Below are positions 39,056 through 48,211 of a stretch of DNA of 64,000 nt, one piece after another. Position numbers and translations under genes: made by a program. Position 1 is the first letter of the stretch. The number at the start of each line of letters is the position of its first letter. The stretch lies in contig CAZUPI010000006.1 of NCBI GenBank assembly GCA_964621755.1, forward strand, positions 4,024 to 68,023, in the 5' to 3' direction. Source of the DNA: an uncultured Ruminococcus sp. (lineage in GTDB: Bacteria; Bacillota; Clostridia; Oscillospirales; CAG-272). Below the pieces are notes generated by a model, which did not search any database, had not been told where the DNA came from, and saw only the letters and a list, made by a program, of their open reading frames with translations.

Positions 39056-40045
39056 ATGGATAACCATAGCAAAATCATCAAAAAACCGGAATGGCTGAAG
39101 GTGCGGTATAACGAAGCTGAGGTGCGCGGCGTATACGCTTTGACCGACGGGTTGGGGCTTAACACCGTCTGTCGCGGCGCAAATTGCCCGAATATCGGTC
39201 AGTGCAGCCGGCGCCATACCGCGACATTTATGATTCTCGGGAACATCTGCACCCGAAACTGCCGCTTCTGCAACATCTCCCACACAAACGGAGCGCTTAC
39301 CGAACCGGACCCTGACGAGCCGCGGAAAATCGGCTATGCCGCCAAAAAATTAGGATTAAAGCATGTTGTTGTCACGTGTGTCACACGGGACGATTTACCG
39401 GACGGCGGCGCCGCGCAGTTTGCCGCGACGATTCGCGAGATTCGGGCGCAGAATCCAACCGCTACCGTAGAGGTGCTGATTTCCGATATGCAAGGCTCGC
39501 ACGACGCGCTTGACGTCGTTATGGCGGAAAAGCCGGAAGTGCTGAATCACAACGTAGAGACCGTCCGCGAGCTGTATGCTGCGGTCCGTCCTGAGGCCGA
39601 ATATGAACGCTCCCTCGACGTGCTGCGCTACTGCGCGTCGTTCGGAACGTCGCACATCAAAACCGGCTTCATGCTCGGTCTCGGCGAAACCGACGAACAA
39701 ATATACCGCCTGATGGACGACGTCCGCGCGGCCGGCTGCGATTTTCTCACCATCGGGCAGTATTTGCAGCCTACAAAATTCCATGCTCCGCTCGTGAGAT
39801 ACGTCACACCTGCGGAGTTCGACGCATACAAGGCCGCCGCCCTCTCGCGCGGATTTGCGCATGTCGCCTCAGCGCCGCTCGCACGCAGCTCGTATCTTGC
39901 CGCGGAGGCTTTAGACTCCGCAACGGAGGCTTTAGACTCCGCAACGGAGGCTTTGGACTCCGCAACGGGGGCTTTGGACTCCGCAACGGGGGCTTTGGAC
40001 TCCGCAACGGGGGCTTTGGACTCCGCAACGGGGGATAGAACATGA
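39056..40045 (+). CDS. lipA: Lipoyl synthase with a C-terminal heptad tandem-repeat extension
   Basis: Auxiliary cluster CRGANCPNIGQC, radical-SAM CTRNCRFC, C-terminal RSSY motif. Then (EALDSAT)x3 (GALDSAT)x3 GDRT. Confidence 0.92.
   Translation: MDNHSKIIKKPEWLKVRYNEAEVRGVYALTDGLGLNTVCRGANCPNIGQCSRRHTATFMILGNICTRNCRFCNISHTNGALTEPDPDEPRKIGYAAKKLGLKHVVVTCVTRDDLPDGGAAQFAATIREIRAQNPTATVEVLISDMQGSHDALDVVMAEKPEVLNHNVETVRELYAAVRPEAEYERSLDVLRYCASFGTSHIKTGFMLGLGETDEQIYRLMDDVRAAGCDFLTIGQYLQPTKFHAPLVRYVTPAEFDAYKAAALSRGFAHVASAPLARSSYLAAEALDSATEALDSATEALDSATGALDSATGALDSATGALDSATGDRT
39905..40030 (+). repeat. Six in-frame 21-bp tandem repeats inside the 3' end of lipA
   Basis: GAGGCTTTAGACTCCGCAACG x2, GAGGCTTTGGACTCCGCAACG x1, GGGGCTTTGGACTCCGCAACG x3. 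The units are contiguous, with no spacers. Confidence 0.95.
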
Positions 40046-41058
40046 TTTACGTCAACACAAATTCTACTGATGTATATTACAATTTCGGCTGCGAGTACTA
40101 CTTCGCAACGGAAAAGCGGCTTTCGGACGACGTGTTCCTCCTCTGGAGCACGACGCCCACCCTTATGGTTGGCAAATACCAAAACACGCTCGAAGAAATC
40201 GACCACGAATATGCGCGCGCTCATGGGATAGCTATCGTTCGCCGCATGTCCGGCGGCGGTACAATTTACACAGACCCCGGCGGATGGCAGTTTACCTTCA
40301 TCACGCGCAAGGGAAGCGAAAAAATCGAGTTCGCGCAGTTTATGAATCCGGTCGTGGACGCGCTCTGCTCCCTCGGACTTGACGTGCGCACCACCGGTCG
40401 AAACGATATCGCGCTGTATCCGGCAGGGTCGGAAACGGGGCTAAAAATCAGCGGCAATACCCAGTTCAAAAAAAGCGGCGTCACGGTACATCACGGTTCC
40501 CTTCTGTTTGATACAGATATCGACGCGCTTGTACGTGCAACAACGCCGAAAGAATACAAAATCACGTCAAAAGCGATAAAATCGGTCCGTGAACGCGTGA
40601 CGAACATCCGTCCGCACCTCCCGGCCGACATGACAGGAGAGGAATTCCGGTCCTATCTGGTCGAACGCCTGACCGGCAGCCGTCCGGAAAATCGCTATAC
40701 CATCTCCCCGGAAGACGACGTGCGCATCCGGGAACTGGCAGCGGAAAAATTTGCGGATGAACGCCTGATTTACGGGGCAAATCCGAAATTTGAAATAGAG
40801 CGCGAACTGCACCTGCCGGGCGGCACGGTGGAAATCGGACTGACCGTGAAGGGCGGAAAAATCACCTCCGCCGGACTGAACGGCGACTTTTTCGCGAGCG
40901 ACGCGGCGGAAGACCTTGCACAGTCCCTTGTAGGCGTTTCCTACACTTACGACGACGTGTCAGCGGCTCTCGAAAAAATATGCGGCGCAATTTACGGTAT
41001 AGACGCGAAGGATATCGCAGACGGGATTTTCGAGATTTCCCAAAAGAACACTTTGTGA
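40042..41058 (+). CDS. Lipoate-protein ligase family protein, copy 2, 338 aa (full-length LplA/LplJ-like)
   Basis: VRRMSGGGTIYTDPGG, GLKISGNTQ motifs. ATGA overlap with the lipA stop. Confidence 0.8.
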   Translation: MIYVNTNSTDVYYNFGCEYYFATEKRLSDDVFLLWSTTPTLMVGKYQNTLEEIDHEYARAHGIAIVRRMSGGGTIYTDPGGWQFTFITRKGSEKIEFAQFMNPVVDALCSLGLDVRTTGRNDIALYPAGSETGLKISGNTQFKKSGVTVHHGSLLFDTDIDALVRATTPKEYKITSKAIKSVRERVTNIRPHLPADMTGEEFRSYLVERLTGSRPENRYTISPEDDVRIRELAAEKFADERLIYGANPKFEIERELHLPGGTVEIGLTVKGGKITSAGLNGDFFASDAAEDLAQSLVGVSYTYDDVSAALEKICGAIYGIDAKDIADGIFEISQKNTL

Positions 41059-41074
41059 ATTTTCTTCCGCACTA

Positions 41075-41103
41075 TTGATATTCGGTGAGGTTTGTTATAT
41101 AAT
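41075..41103 (+). promoter_or_regulatory. Putative sigma-A promoter of recA
   Basis: TTGATA, 17 nt, then TATAAT. Confidence 0.6.
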
Positions 41104-41111
41104 AAGAATAG

Positions 41112-41125
41112 CGAAAATATGTTCG
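41112..41125 (+). promoter_or_regulatory. Putative LexA (Cheo/SOS) box
   Basis: CGAAAATATGTTCG versus the Gram-positive consensus CGAAC-N4-GTTCG (one mismatch). It lies 8 nt downstream of the -10 element. Confidence 0.6.
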
Positions 41126-41174
41126 TATTATTAGAAAGAGCAGAGAATTTAAAACACCGAAAGGAACGAATCAA

Positions 41175-42305
41175 ATGGCAAAATCGACACCCAAAAAGCA
41201 AGTAGTGGACATGTCTGACAAAACGCCTGAGGAGAAGAAAAAGGCCCTCGATACCGCAATAAGCCAAATCGAAAAGAGTTTTGGAAAAGGCACCATCATC
41301 AAGATGGGCGAAAACCCGCGTCTGAGCGTATCGGCCGTATCAACCGGCTCCATCACACTCGATATGGCGCTCGGCATCGGCGGACTCCCGCGGGGCCGTA
41401 TTATCGAAGTGTACGGCCCTGAATCCTCCGGTAAGACAACACTCGCCCTGCACGCAATCGCGGAAGTCCAGAAGACCGGCGGCGAGGCAGCCTTCATCGA
41501 CGCGGAGCACGCGCTCGACCCGGTATACGCCTCCGCGCTCGGCGTTAACATCGACAATCTGCTTGTATCACAGCCCGACTCCGGCGAGCAAGGTCTTGAA
41601 ATCTGTGAAGCACTCGTGCGCTCCGGCGCTATCGATATCGTCGTCATCGACTCGGTCGCTGCCCTTGTGCCGCAGCAGGAAATCGACGGCGACATGGGCG
41701 CGTCCCACGTAGGGCTTCAGGCAAGACTGATGTCGCAGGCGCTCCGCAAGCTGTCCGGAACCATTTCAAAAACCAACTGCATCGTAATCTTTATCAACCA
41801 GCTCCGCGAAAAGGTGGGCGTCATCTACGGAAATCCGGAAACCACCCCCGGCGGACGTGCTCTGAAATTCTATTCGTCCGTGAGAATCGAAATCCGCAAG
41901 GCGGAGACCATCAAAAACGGGTCCGAAATTCTCGGCAACCGCGCAAAGTGCAAGGTGGTAAAGAATAAAGTTGCGCCGCCGTTCAAGAGCGCAGAATTCG
42001 ACATTCTCTACGGCGAGGGTATTTCCAAAACGGGCGAAATCGTCGATTTGGCAACGGACCTTGGCATTCTCGAAAAGAGCGGCTCGTGGTACTCCTACGA
42101 GGGCAGCCGTCTGGCGCAGGGACGCGACAACGTCAAAAAGGCGCTCGCGGATGACCCCGCTCTGGCAGCAGAGCTGGAAGAAAAAATCAAAGCAACCGGT
42201 CATACTCCCAACATGGAGCGCGACGACATGGACGAAGAGCTTGACGAGGACGGAGAAGAGCTCGACATCCGCCTTCTCGACCTTGGCGAGGATGATGAGG
42301 TTTAA
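41175..42305 (+). CDS. recA: Recombinase RecA with an acidic C-terminal tail
   Basis: [29 protein letters not shown], 376 aa. Confidence 0.98.
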   Translation: MAKSTPKKQVVDMSDKTPEEKKKALDTAISQIEKSFGKGTIIKMGENPRLSVSAVSTGSITLDMALGIGGLPRGRIIEVYGPESSGKTTLALHAIAEVQKTGGEAAFIDAEHALDPVYASALGVNIDNLLVSQPDSGEQGLEICEALVRSGAIDIVVIDSVAALVPQQEIDGDMGASHVGLQARLMSQALRKLSGTISKTNCIVIFINQLREKVGVIYGNPETTPGGRALKFYSSVRIEIRKAETIKNGSEILGNRAKCKVVKNKVAPPFKSAEFDILYGEGISKTGEIVDLATDLGILEKSGSWYSYEGSRLAQGRDNVKKALADDPALAAELEEKIKATGHTPNMERDDMDEELDEDGEELDIRLLDLGEDDEV

Positions 42306-42401
42306 GCAAGGGGAACAATCTTCCCCGTCCAGACCTTTTCATGATTAGGTCTGCACTGTGCTCTATTTCTTCACTTCATTTTTGGAAAGAGTTATTTTTT
42401 T

Positions 42402-43550
42402 ATGACAGTTTCGCGTGTGGCGTATCAGGATTGGCGCAATATGAGCGAATGCGCCGTCTCTCTCGGGGAGGGAATTAATGTTCTCTGGGGAATGAACGCT
42501 CAGGGAAAATCGAATATTCTTGAGGGGATTTACTACTTCGCGCGCGGACGTTCTTTTCGCGGTGCGCGGGACCGTGAGCTTATCCGATTCGGATGCGACT
42601 TTACTCGAGCGGAATTGTCCTTTCTGCGCGACGGATATGAGAATCATACCATCCTTGAGGCTGTCATCCCGAAAACCGGCAGAAAGCAGCTGTCCCGCAA
42701 CGGTGCGCCGCTCTCCTCTGCAGCGGAAATGATGGGCAGCTTCCGGGCGGTACTGTTCTGTCCCGCGCATCTGACGATGGTCACAGGGGGGCCGCTGGAA
42801 AGGCGCACCTTTCTGGACATTGCCATCTCGCAACTCTCGCAGGCGTATCTGACGTATCTCAGACGATACGCCAAAGTGCTTGCAGAGCGGAATTCTCTCC
42901 TCAAAAGCGCAGCGTCCGGCGGGCGGGTGACAGAGACCGAATGGGAGGTCTATGCAAAGCAGCTCTCCCTGTACGGCGCGTGGATTGCCGCCTATCGTGC
43001 GGAGTATGTGTCCTACCTTTCGGAGGCTGTGGCGCGCTACTTCGACGGTATGACAAGCGGACGAGAGACGCCGGAGCTGTCGTATACGTCACACGCACTG
43101 TACGACGACATGCCGCGTCCCCTCTCCAGAGGAGGTTCCGGTGAGCCGTCCGGCGACGCGCTGTTTGAGAAACTGACCACCAACATTGACCGTGAAATTA
43201 TCGTCGGTTCAACCTTATGGGGAACCCATAAGGACGACATTCGCCTGTCTCTGAATGGAAAGGAAGCCAAGCTGTACGCGTCGCAGGGACAGCAGAGGAG
43301 CATCGTGCTGTCCATCAAGCTGGCGGAGGCGGAAATTTCGAAAAACCTCGGCGGCGAGTATCCGGCAATCCTCCTTGACGACGTGTTTTCCGAGCTTGAC
43401 GAGTCCAGACGGCGGTATATCCTCGACTCACTGGGCGGCAGGCAGATTATCGTCACATCGTGCGAACCGGATATTATTCCCTCAAATCGCTCGGGAGATA
43501 TTGTGTTCCGACATGTCGAAAACGGCGTTATTGCAGAACAGGACACTTAA
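42402..43550 (+). CDS. recF: DNA replication and repair protein RecF
   Basis: N-terminal Walker A GMNAQGKSNILEGIYYF, signature ASQGQQRSIVLSIKLAE, Walker B AILLDDVFSELD. Confidence 0.85.
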   Translation: MTVSRVAYQDWRNMSECAVSLGEGINVLWGMNAQGKSNILEGIYYFARGRSFRGARDRELIRFGCDFTRAELSFLRDGYENHTILEAVIPKTGRKQLSRNGAPLSSAAEMMGSFRAVLFCPAHLTMVTGGPLERRTFLDIAISQLSQAYLTYLRRYAKVLAERNSLLKSAASGGRVTETEWEVYAKQLSLYGAWIAAYRAEYVSYLSEAVARYFDGMTSGRETPELSYTSHALYDDMPRPLSRGGSGEPSGDALFEKLTTNIDREIIVGSTLWGTHKDDIRLSLNGKEAKLYASQGQQRSIVLSIKLAEAEISKNLGGEYPAILLDDVFSELDESRRRYILDSLGGRQIIVTSCEPDIIPSNRSGDIVFRHVENGVIAEQDT

Positions 43551-43553
43551 AAA

Positions 43554-44225
43554 TTGTTTATTAAGTCGATATTTATAAAAGAGGGCATGACCTATCTTGA
43601 GATAGCGGCAGATGAAAATCCAAATCATGCGGAATCTCTGAAAATGTCTGAGAAAAACTGGCGAAAATATTGTGAACGCTATGTCCCGGACGCGCTGTCC
43701 AATGAATTATATGAGCGGGCGCTGTCTCACGAAATTGACGAAGCCGAATATGACGAGCTGCACCGTCTGGCAGAACTCACCGGCGCCATCTTAGAAGCGG
43801 TGCGAATCCTGTCGTCCGGCGACAAAAGCGCACGGGAGCTGAAGCAGAAGCTGCGCCGTCGGTTTTCCAGCGAGGCGGCGGACTATGCGGTGCGGCTGAT
43901 GAAAAAGCGCGGGTATCTCGACGAGGAGGCGCAATGTCTGCGAATCGCAGAACAGGCTGTCCGTTCGAAACATCACGGACCACGTCGGATTCAGGCGGAC
44001 CTGATGGCACATGGTTACAGTTCTTCCGCGGCAGACGCGGCTGTAAGCGCGATTTCCCCGGACAAATATGCCGAAGCGCTGTCGTACCACATAGACCGCA
44101 GATTTCCGGACATCGCCAACATGGATGCGGCGGAGGTCAAGAAAGTGGTTGCCGCTTTGCTCCGGCTGGGCTTTTCGTCTGGAGCAGTCTTTGATGAGAT
44201 CAAAAAGAGAGAAAAAGTACGGTGA
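43554..44225 (+). CDS. recX: RecX family regulatory protein
   Basis: Three-repeat RecX pattern: SARELKQKLRRR.FSSEAADYAVRLMKKRGYLDEE, HGPRRIQADLMAHGYS, LLRLGFSSGAVFDEI. Confidence 0.75.
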   Translation: MFIKSIFIKEGMTYLEIAADENPNHAESLKMSEKNWRKYCERYVPDALSNELYERALSHEIDEAEYDELHRLAELTGAILEAVRILSSGDKSARELKQKLRRRFSSEAADYAVRLMKKRGYLDEEAQCLRIAEQAVRSKHHGPRRIQADLMAHGYSSSAADAAVSAISPDKYAEALSYHIDRRFPDIANMDAAEVKKVVAALLRLGFSSGAVFDEIKKREKVR

Positions 44226-44326
44226 AGTTATGACAATATCGTACGATAAGGCACTGCAAATTTCGGCGGAGGTCAAGACCAACAGCTTAGCATTATAAAT
44301 TTCCAGCATCGCTCCTTCTTATTTTT

Positions 44327-44389
44327 CCTATTTTAAAAAAGGGCTTGAATGGGGTGCGGGAAAACCGTTTTCTGAAAAAGGGCTTCCCG
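44327..44389 (-). repeat. Intergenic repeat family copy E11 (diverged), antisense to both flanking genes
   Basis: The plus strand reads CTATTTTAAAAAAGGGC...GCGGGAAAACCGTTTTCTGAAAAAGGGCTTCCCGC. The box precedes the hairpin. Confidence 0.5.
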
Positions 44390-44418
44390 CGAAACTATCC
44401 CTAAGAAAGGTAATCACC

Positions 44419-45792
44419 ATGGCAAAAAACACAAAAGTCGGCTTCATCTCTCTGGGATGTTCCAAAAATCTTTGCGACACGGAGGTCATGCTCCACCACC
44501 TCGTTGACGCGGGGTACGAAATCACCCCCGAGGAGACCGAAGCCGACGTCGTCATCATAAACACCTGCGCTTTCATTGAGAGCGCAAAAAAGGAATCTAT
44601 TGACAATATCATTGACATTGCGTGGCTCAAAAAGCACCACACCCTCAAGGGCATTATTGTGACGGGTTGTCTCGCCGAGCGCTACCGCGAGGAAGTCATC
44701 AAGGAGCTCCCCGAAGTGGACGCGGTTCTCGGCGTCGGCGGTATCCACAAAATTGTCGAAGCTGTCGAGTCGGTCATGGAGGAGTCTTCCAAGAAGGGGA
44801 AGGCGAAAAAACGCTACATTTGCTTCGACGAGAGAGAGGATGTCTTCCTCGGCGGAGAACGAGTTATTACCACCGGCGACTCCATGGCATACCTCAAAAT
44901 CGCGGAAGGCTGTTCGAATCGCTGTACATACTGCGCAATACCGCAAATCCGCGGAAAAATGCGCAGCCGTACTATGCGCGACCTCATCGAAGAAGCGACC
45001 GCTCTCGACGCAATGGGCGTTAAGGAATTGAACATCATCGCGCAGGACACCTCTGCGTATGGCATCGACCTCTACGGCTCGTACTGTCTGCCGGAGCTGC
45101 TGCGCGGCATTTGCGACGCCACCAAAATTCCGTGGATTCGCCTGCTCTACTGCTATCCGGACAAAATCACGGACGAGCTGGTGGCAGAGCTGCGCGACAA
45201 CCCGCGTATTGTGAAGTATATCGACATTCCGATACAGCACATCTCCGACCACGTACTGACCGCAATGAACCGCCACGGCAACGCCGCGATGATTCGCGAA
45301 AGCATCGCCAAGCTCCGCCGTCAGGTGCCGGGCATCGTTCTCCGCTCCACTGCAATCGTTGGATTCCCGGGTGAAACGGAAGAAGATTTCCGCGAACTGT
45401 GTGAATTCATAAAGGAAGCAAAATTCGAACGGTTCGGCGCGTTCACGTACTCCCGTGAGGAGGATACGCCCGCGTACAACTTCCCCGACCAGATTGACGA
45501 GCAGGTCAAGCAGGACCGGTACGATATTCTCATGCAGACCCAGCTTTCCGTCAGCGAAAAATTCAACGAGACCCGCGTAGGCAAGGTCATCCGCGTAATG
45601 TGCGAGGGCTTTGATCCGGTTGCGGAATCCCACTACGGTAGAAGCTACGCCGAAGCTGCGGATATTGACGGAAAAATCTGGTTTTCGGCAAGCGACCCGA
45701 AACTCCGCATTTCCGAAGGGGAAATGATAGATGTAAAAATCACCGGCGCGATGGATTACGACCTCGTCGGCGAAGTAATACTGAATGTCTGA
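44419..45792 (+). CDS. rimO: Ribosomal protein S12 methylthiotransferase RimO
   Basis: SLGCSKNLCDTE, radical-SAM CSNRCTYC, TRAM domain, 457 aa. Confidence 0.92.
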   Translation: MAKNTKVGFISLGCSKNLCDTEVMLHHLVDAGYEITPEETEADVVIINTCAFIESAKKESIDNIIDIAWLKKHHTLKGIIVTGCLAERYREEVIKELPEVDAVLGVGGIHKIVEAVESVMEESSKKGKAKKRYICFDEREDVFLGGERVITTGDSMAYLKIAEGCSNRCTYCAIPQIRGKMRSRTMRDLIEEATALDAMGVKELNIIAQDTSAYGIDLYGSYCLPELLRGICDATKIPWIRLLYCYPDKITDELVAELRDNPRIVKYIDIPIQHISDHVLTAMNRHGNAAMIRESIAKLRRQVPGIVLRSTAIVGFPGETEEDFRELCEFIKEAKFERFGAFTYSREEDTPAYNFPDQIDEQVKQDRYDILMQTQLSVSEKFNETRVGKVIRVMCEGFDPVAESHYGRSYAEAADIDGKIWFSASDPKLRISEGEMIDVKITGAMDYDLVGEVILNV

Positions 45793-45805
45793 AAGGAAGT
45801 ATGGT

Positions 45806-46387
45806 ATGAATCTTCCGAATAAATTAACCATTTTTCGCATCTGCATGGTCCCGGTGTTTTTGGTGCTCCTGTGCGTCAATTTGCCCATATCTGACACAGT
45901 CATGCGAATTTTGACCGCTGTGGTGTTTGCGATTACCTCGCTGACCGATATGATTGATGGAAAAATCGCGCGCAAGTACAACCTCATCACCGATTTCGGC
46001 AAATTCATGGATCCGCTCGCCGACAAATTCCTTGTGATGTCCGCCATGCTCGGCATTCTCGTGCGGTTCGATTATCTGCGTCCCGTATTCGTATGGGCGG
46101 CGGCTGTCGTCATCTTCCGCGAGTTTGCAGTGACCTCCCTGCGCCTTGTGACTGCGAGCAAGTCCGGTATCGTTGTGGCGGCAGCGTGGCTCGGCAAGGT
46201 TAAGACGACTTTACAAATGATTTGCATCGTCACCATTCTGCTTGAGCCTGTGATTCTTCCCTTCAAACCGTTCGCTGAATGGCATGTGCTCTCGTACATC
46301 ACCATCGCAGCGATGACCGTCATGACAATCTGGTCAGGGCTCGACTATCTCAAGGTCTACTGGCCTTACATTGGGGAGACAAAGTGA
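45806..46387 (+). CDS. pgsA: CDP-diacylglycerol--glycerol-3-phosphate 3-phosphatidyltransferase
   Basis: MNLPNKLTIFRI..., CDP-alcohol motif DMIDGKIARKYNLITDFGKFMDPLADK. Confidence 0.92.
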   Translation: MNLPNKLTIFRICMVPVFLVLLCVNLPISDTVMRILTAVVFAITSLTDMIDGKIARKYNLITDFGKFMDPLADKFLVMSAMLGILVRFDYLRPVFVWAAAVVIFREFAVTSLRLVTASKSGIVVAAAWLGKVKTTLQMICIVTILLEPVILPFKPFAEWHVLSYITIAAMTVMTIWSGLDYLKVYWPYIGETK

Positions 46388-46411
46388 GGAAAGTACCTCT
46401 TCCAAGGCTTT

Positions 46412-47344
46412 ATGCAATATGTTATTTTAGAAGAAGGATATCTTGCGATGCCGTCGGAGTTTTCCGGGCTTTTCGGCGGTGCGCGCGAGATTCCGTACAT
46501 AAAAATCGGCGGGTGCGGCAGCTTTTCGGTTGAGAAAACCTTCAACTGCGGGCAGGCATTTCGCTTTAACCCGGCTGCGTTTCCCTTTGGCGCGGCGGAT
46601 AAGCATCCCGTTTTTGCGGGAATCGCACTGAATATTCCGGTTGCGTTTGCGGATTTGGGGGGCGGCTGCCTCGCCATATACAACTCGACTGCGGAGGATT
46701 TCGACAAAATCTGGCTGCATTACCTCGCCCTCGACGAAGATTACGACGCAATCGACCGTTTTCTCATCGACGCTATGGAAAGTGGGGCTGACCGCGCGGT
46801 GATGACGGCGGCAGTAGAGGCGGGACGCGGCATCCGGATTCTGCGGCAGGACCCGTTCGAGTGCCTGATTTCGTTCATTCTGTCGCAGAACAACAACATT
46901 CCGAGAATCAAAAAGCTGATTGCCGCTCTCTGCGGGGCATATGGACAAAACGGTCGTTTTCCGACCGCAGAGGCACTGGCCGCAGCGGGGGAAGAAGCGT
47001 TATTTGCGCTGAAGACTGGATTCCGCGCGGGTTATCTGTACGACGCGGCATGCAAAATTTCTTCCGGTGAGATAAATCTTGATAAGATTTTGGAATGTGA
47101 CGATTTTGAAAAATGTACCGCGGAGCTGTGCCGGATAAAAGGGGTTGGTCCAAAGGTGAGTGCGTGCGTTCTCTTATTCGGATTCGGCAAAACGGAGGCC
47201 TTTCCGGTTGACGTATGGATGAAAAAATCGCTCGCCCGGCATTTTCCAAACGGACTTGACGTAAAGGCGCTGGGCAAATGGGCAGGCGTCGCGCAGCAGT
47301 ATTTGTTCTACTACGAGCGATACTTAGGCGGCGTGCGTCAGTGA
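46412..47344 (+). CDS. ogg: 8-oxoguanine DNA glycosylase / HhH-GPD family N-glycosylase-AP lyase
   Basis: OGG N-domain (FNCGQAFRF), HhH-GPD with catalytic Lys and Asp (IKGVGPKVSACVLLFGFGKTEAFPVDVW). Confidence 0.8.
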   Translation: MQYVILEEGYLAMPSEFSGLFGGAREIPYIKIGGCGSFSVEKTFNCGQAFRFNPAAFPFGAADKHPVFAGIALNIPVAFADLGGGCLAIYNSTAEDFDKIWLHYLALDEDYDAIDRFLIDAMESGADRAVMTAAVEAGRGIRILRQDPFECLISFILSQNNNIPRIKKLIAALCGAYGQNGRFPTAEALAAAGEEALFALKTGFRAGYLYDAACKISSGEINLDKILECDDFEKCTAELCRIKGVGPKVSACVLLFGFGKTEAFPVDVWMKKSLARHFPNGLDVKALGKWAGVAQQYLFYYERYLGGVRQ

Positions 47345-47364
47345 ATTATGACAGGAGTTTTGAT

Positions 47365-48108
47365 ATGGAACAGATTTACACAATACCGGTGAACGAAGCG
47401 TTCGAGAAGGTGCAGGAAGAGGGATTCTGTACCTGCCCGTTTTGTCTGATGTACAATCGTCTCGACGACAACGAGCTGGATTTGATTCTCGGCGCGTCGA
47501 TGATGGAGCCGGACGTCCGGCAGAAGACAAACGCGCTCGGCTTCTGCCCGGAGCATCTTTCCCTTTTATTCGAGCGCGGCAAGAGACTCCCGCTGGCGCT
47601 GATGCTCGAAAGTCACCTTGACAGCGTCGCGGACGATATATCGGGAAACATGTCGTCCCTGTTTGTAGCAAAAACAGGGGAGAACGCGGCGAAACGGCTT
47701 GAAAAGCTGGAATCGAGCTGTTATGTCTGTGAAAGAATCGAATATAACTTCTCGCGGATGATTGAGACAGCGGCGCTGCTCTGGCAGAAGGACGAAAAAT
47801 TCCGTGAAAAAGCGGAACACGCGCCGTATTTTTGTCTCCGTCACTACGGACGCTTCATCGCAGCGGCGCGCGAAAGAATGTCTAAGAAGGAATTCGGGGA
47901 ATTCTACAAAGCGGTCAGCGAAATCGAAAACCGCTATTTCGACAAACTCCGCGCAGACGTAAGCTGGTTCTGCAAAAAATTCGACTACCGTTATGAAAAC
48001 GAGCCATGGGGCGACGCCAAAGACGCCCCGGAAAGAGCACGCGCATTCTTATCCGGTTCCCTGCATCAGCACGAGGATACGAAAAAACCAAGCGATGGAT
48101 TGACGTAA
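47365..48108 (+). CDS. Cys-rich hypothetical protein (resembles the family I recall as DUF6062)
   Basis: MEQIYTIPVNEAFEK...CTCPFC...GFCPEH...CYVCERIE...YFCLRHY. I chose the start at ATG 47365. No function is recognisable. Confidence 0.55.
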   Translation: MEQIYTIPVNEAFEKVQEEGFCTCPFCLMYNRLDDNELDLILGASMMEPDVRQKTNALGFCPEHLSLLFERGKRLPLALMLESHLDSVADDISGNMSSLFVAKTGENAAKRLEKLESSCYVCERIEYNFSRMIETAALLWQKDEKFREKAEHAPYFCLRHYGRFIAAARERMSKKEFGEFYKAVSEIENRYFDKLRADVSWFCKKFDYRYENEPWGDAKDAPERARAFLSGSLHQHEDTKKPSDGLT

Positions 48109-48153
48109 GTAGAACATGAATTCTCAGTCTTCCCGCCCCGTTTTAAAAAAATA

Positions 48154-48178
48154 GGGGGTACTTTTGAAAAAGTACCCC
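48154..48178. terminator. Bidirectional hairpin terminator between the Cys-rich gene and cysS (repeat-family-like, copy E5)
   Basis: GGGGGTACTTTTGAAAAAGTACCCC flanked by A-run and T-run. The upstream CCCCGTTTTAAAAAAATA resembles the family box. Confidence 0.65.
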
Positions 48179-48211
48179 TTTTTTCTATTTATTTTTTACC
48201 CTCTTCAGGTC

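Noticed and set aside
39905-40030. CRISPR-like array (regular 21-bp repeats).
   Set aside because: The units are directly contiguous with no spacers, lie in-frame inside lipA, and no cas genes are nearby.
39628-40224. Minus-strand ORFs with repetitive peptides (APVAESK / PLRSPKPP repeats).
   Set aside because: These are antisense translations of the lipA 21-bp repeats. They overlap the well-supported lipA and ligase genes.
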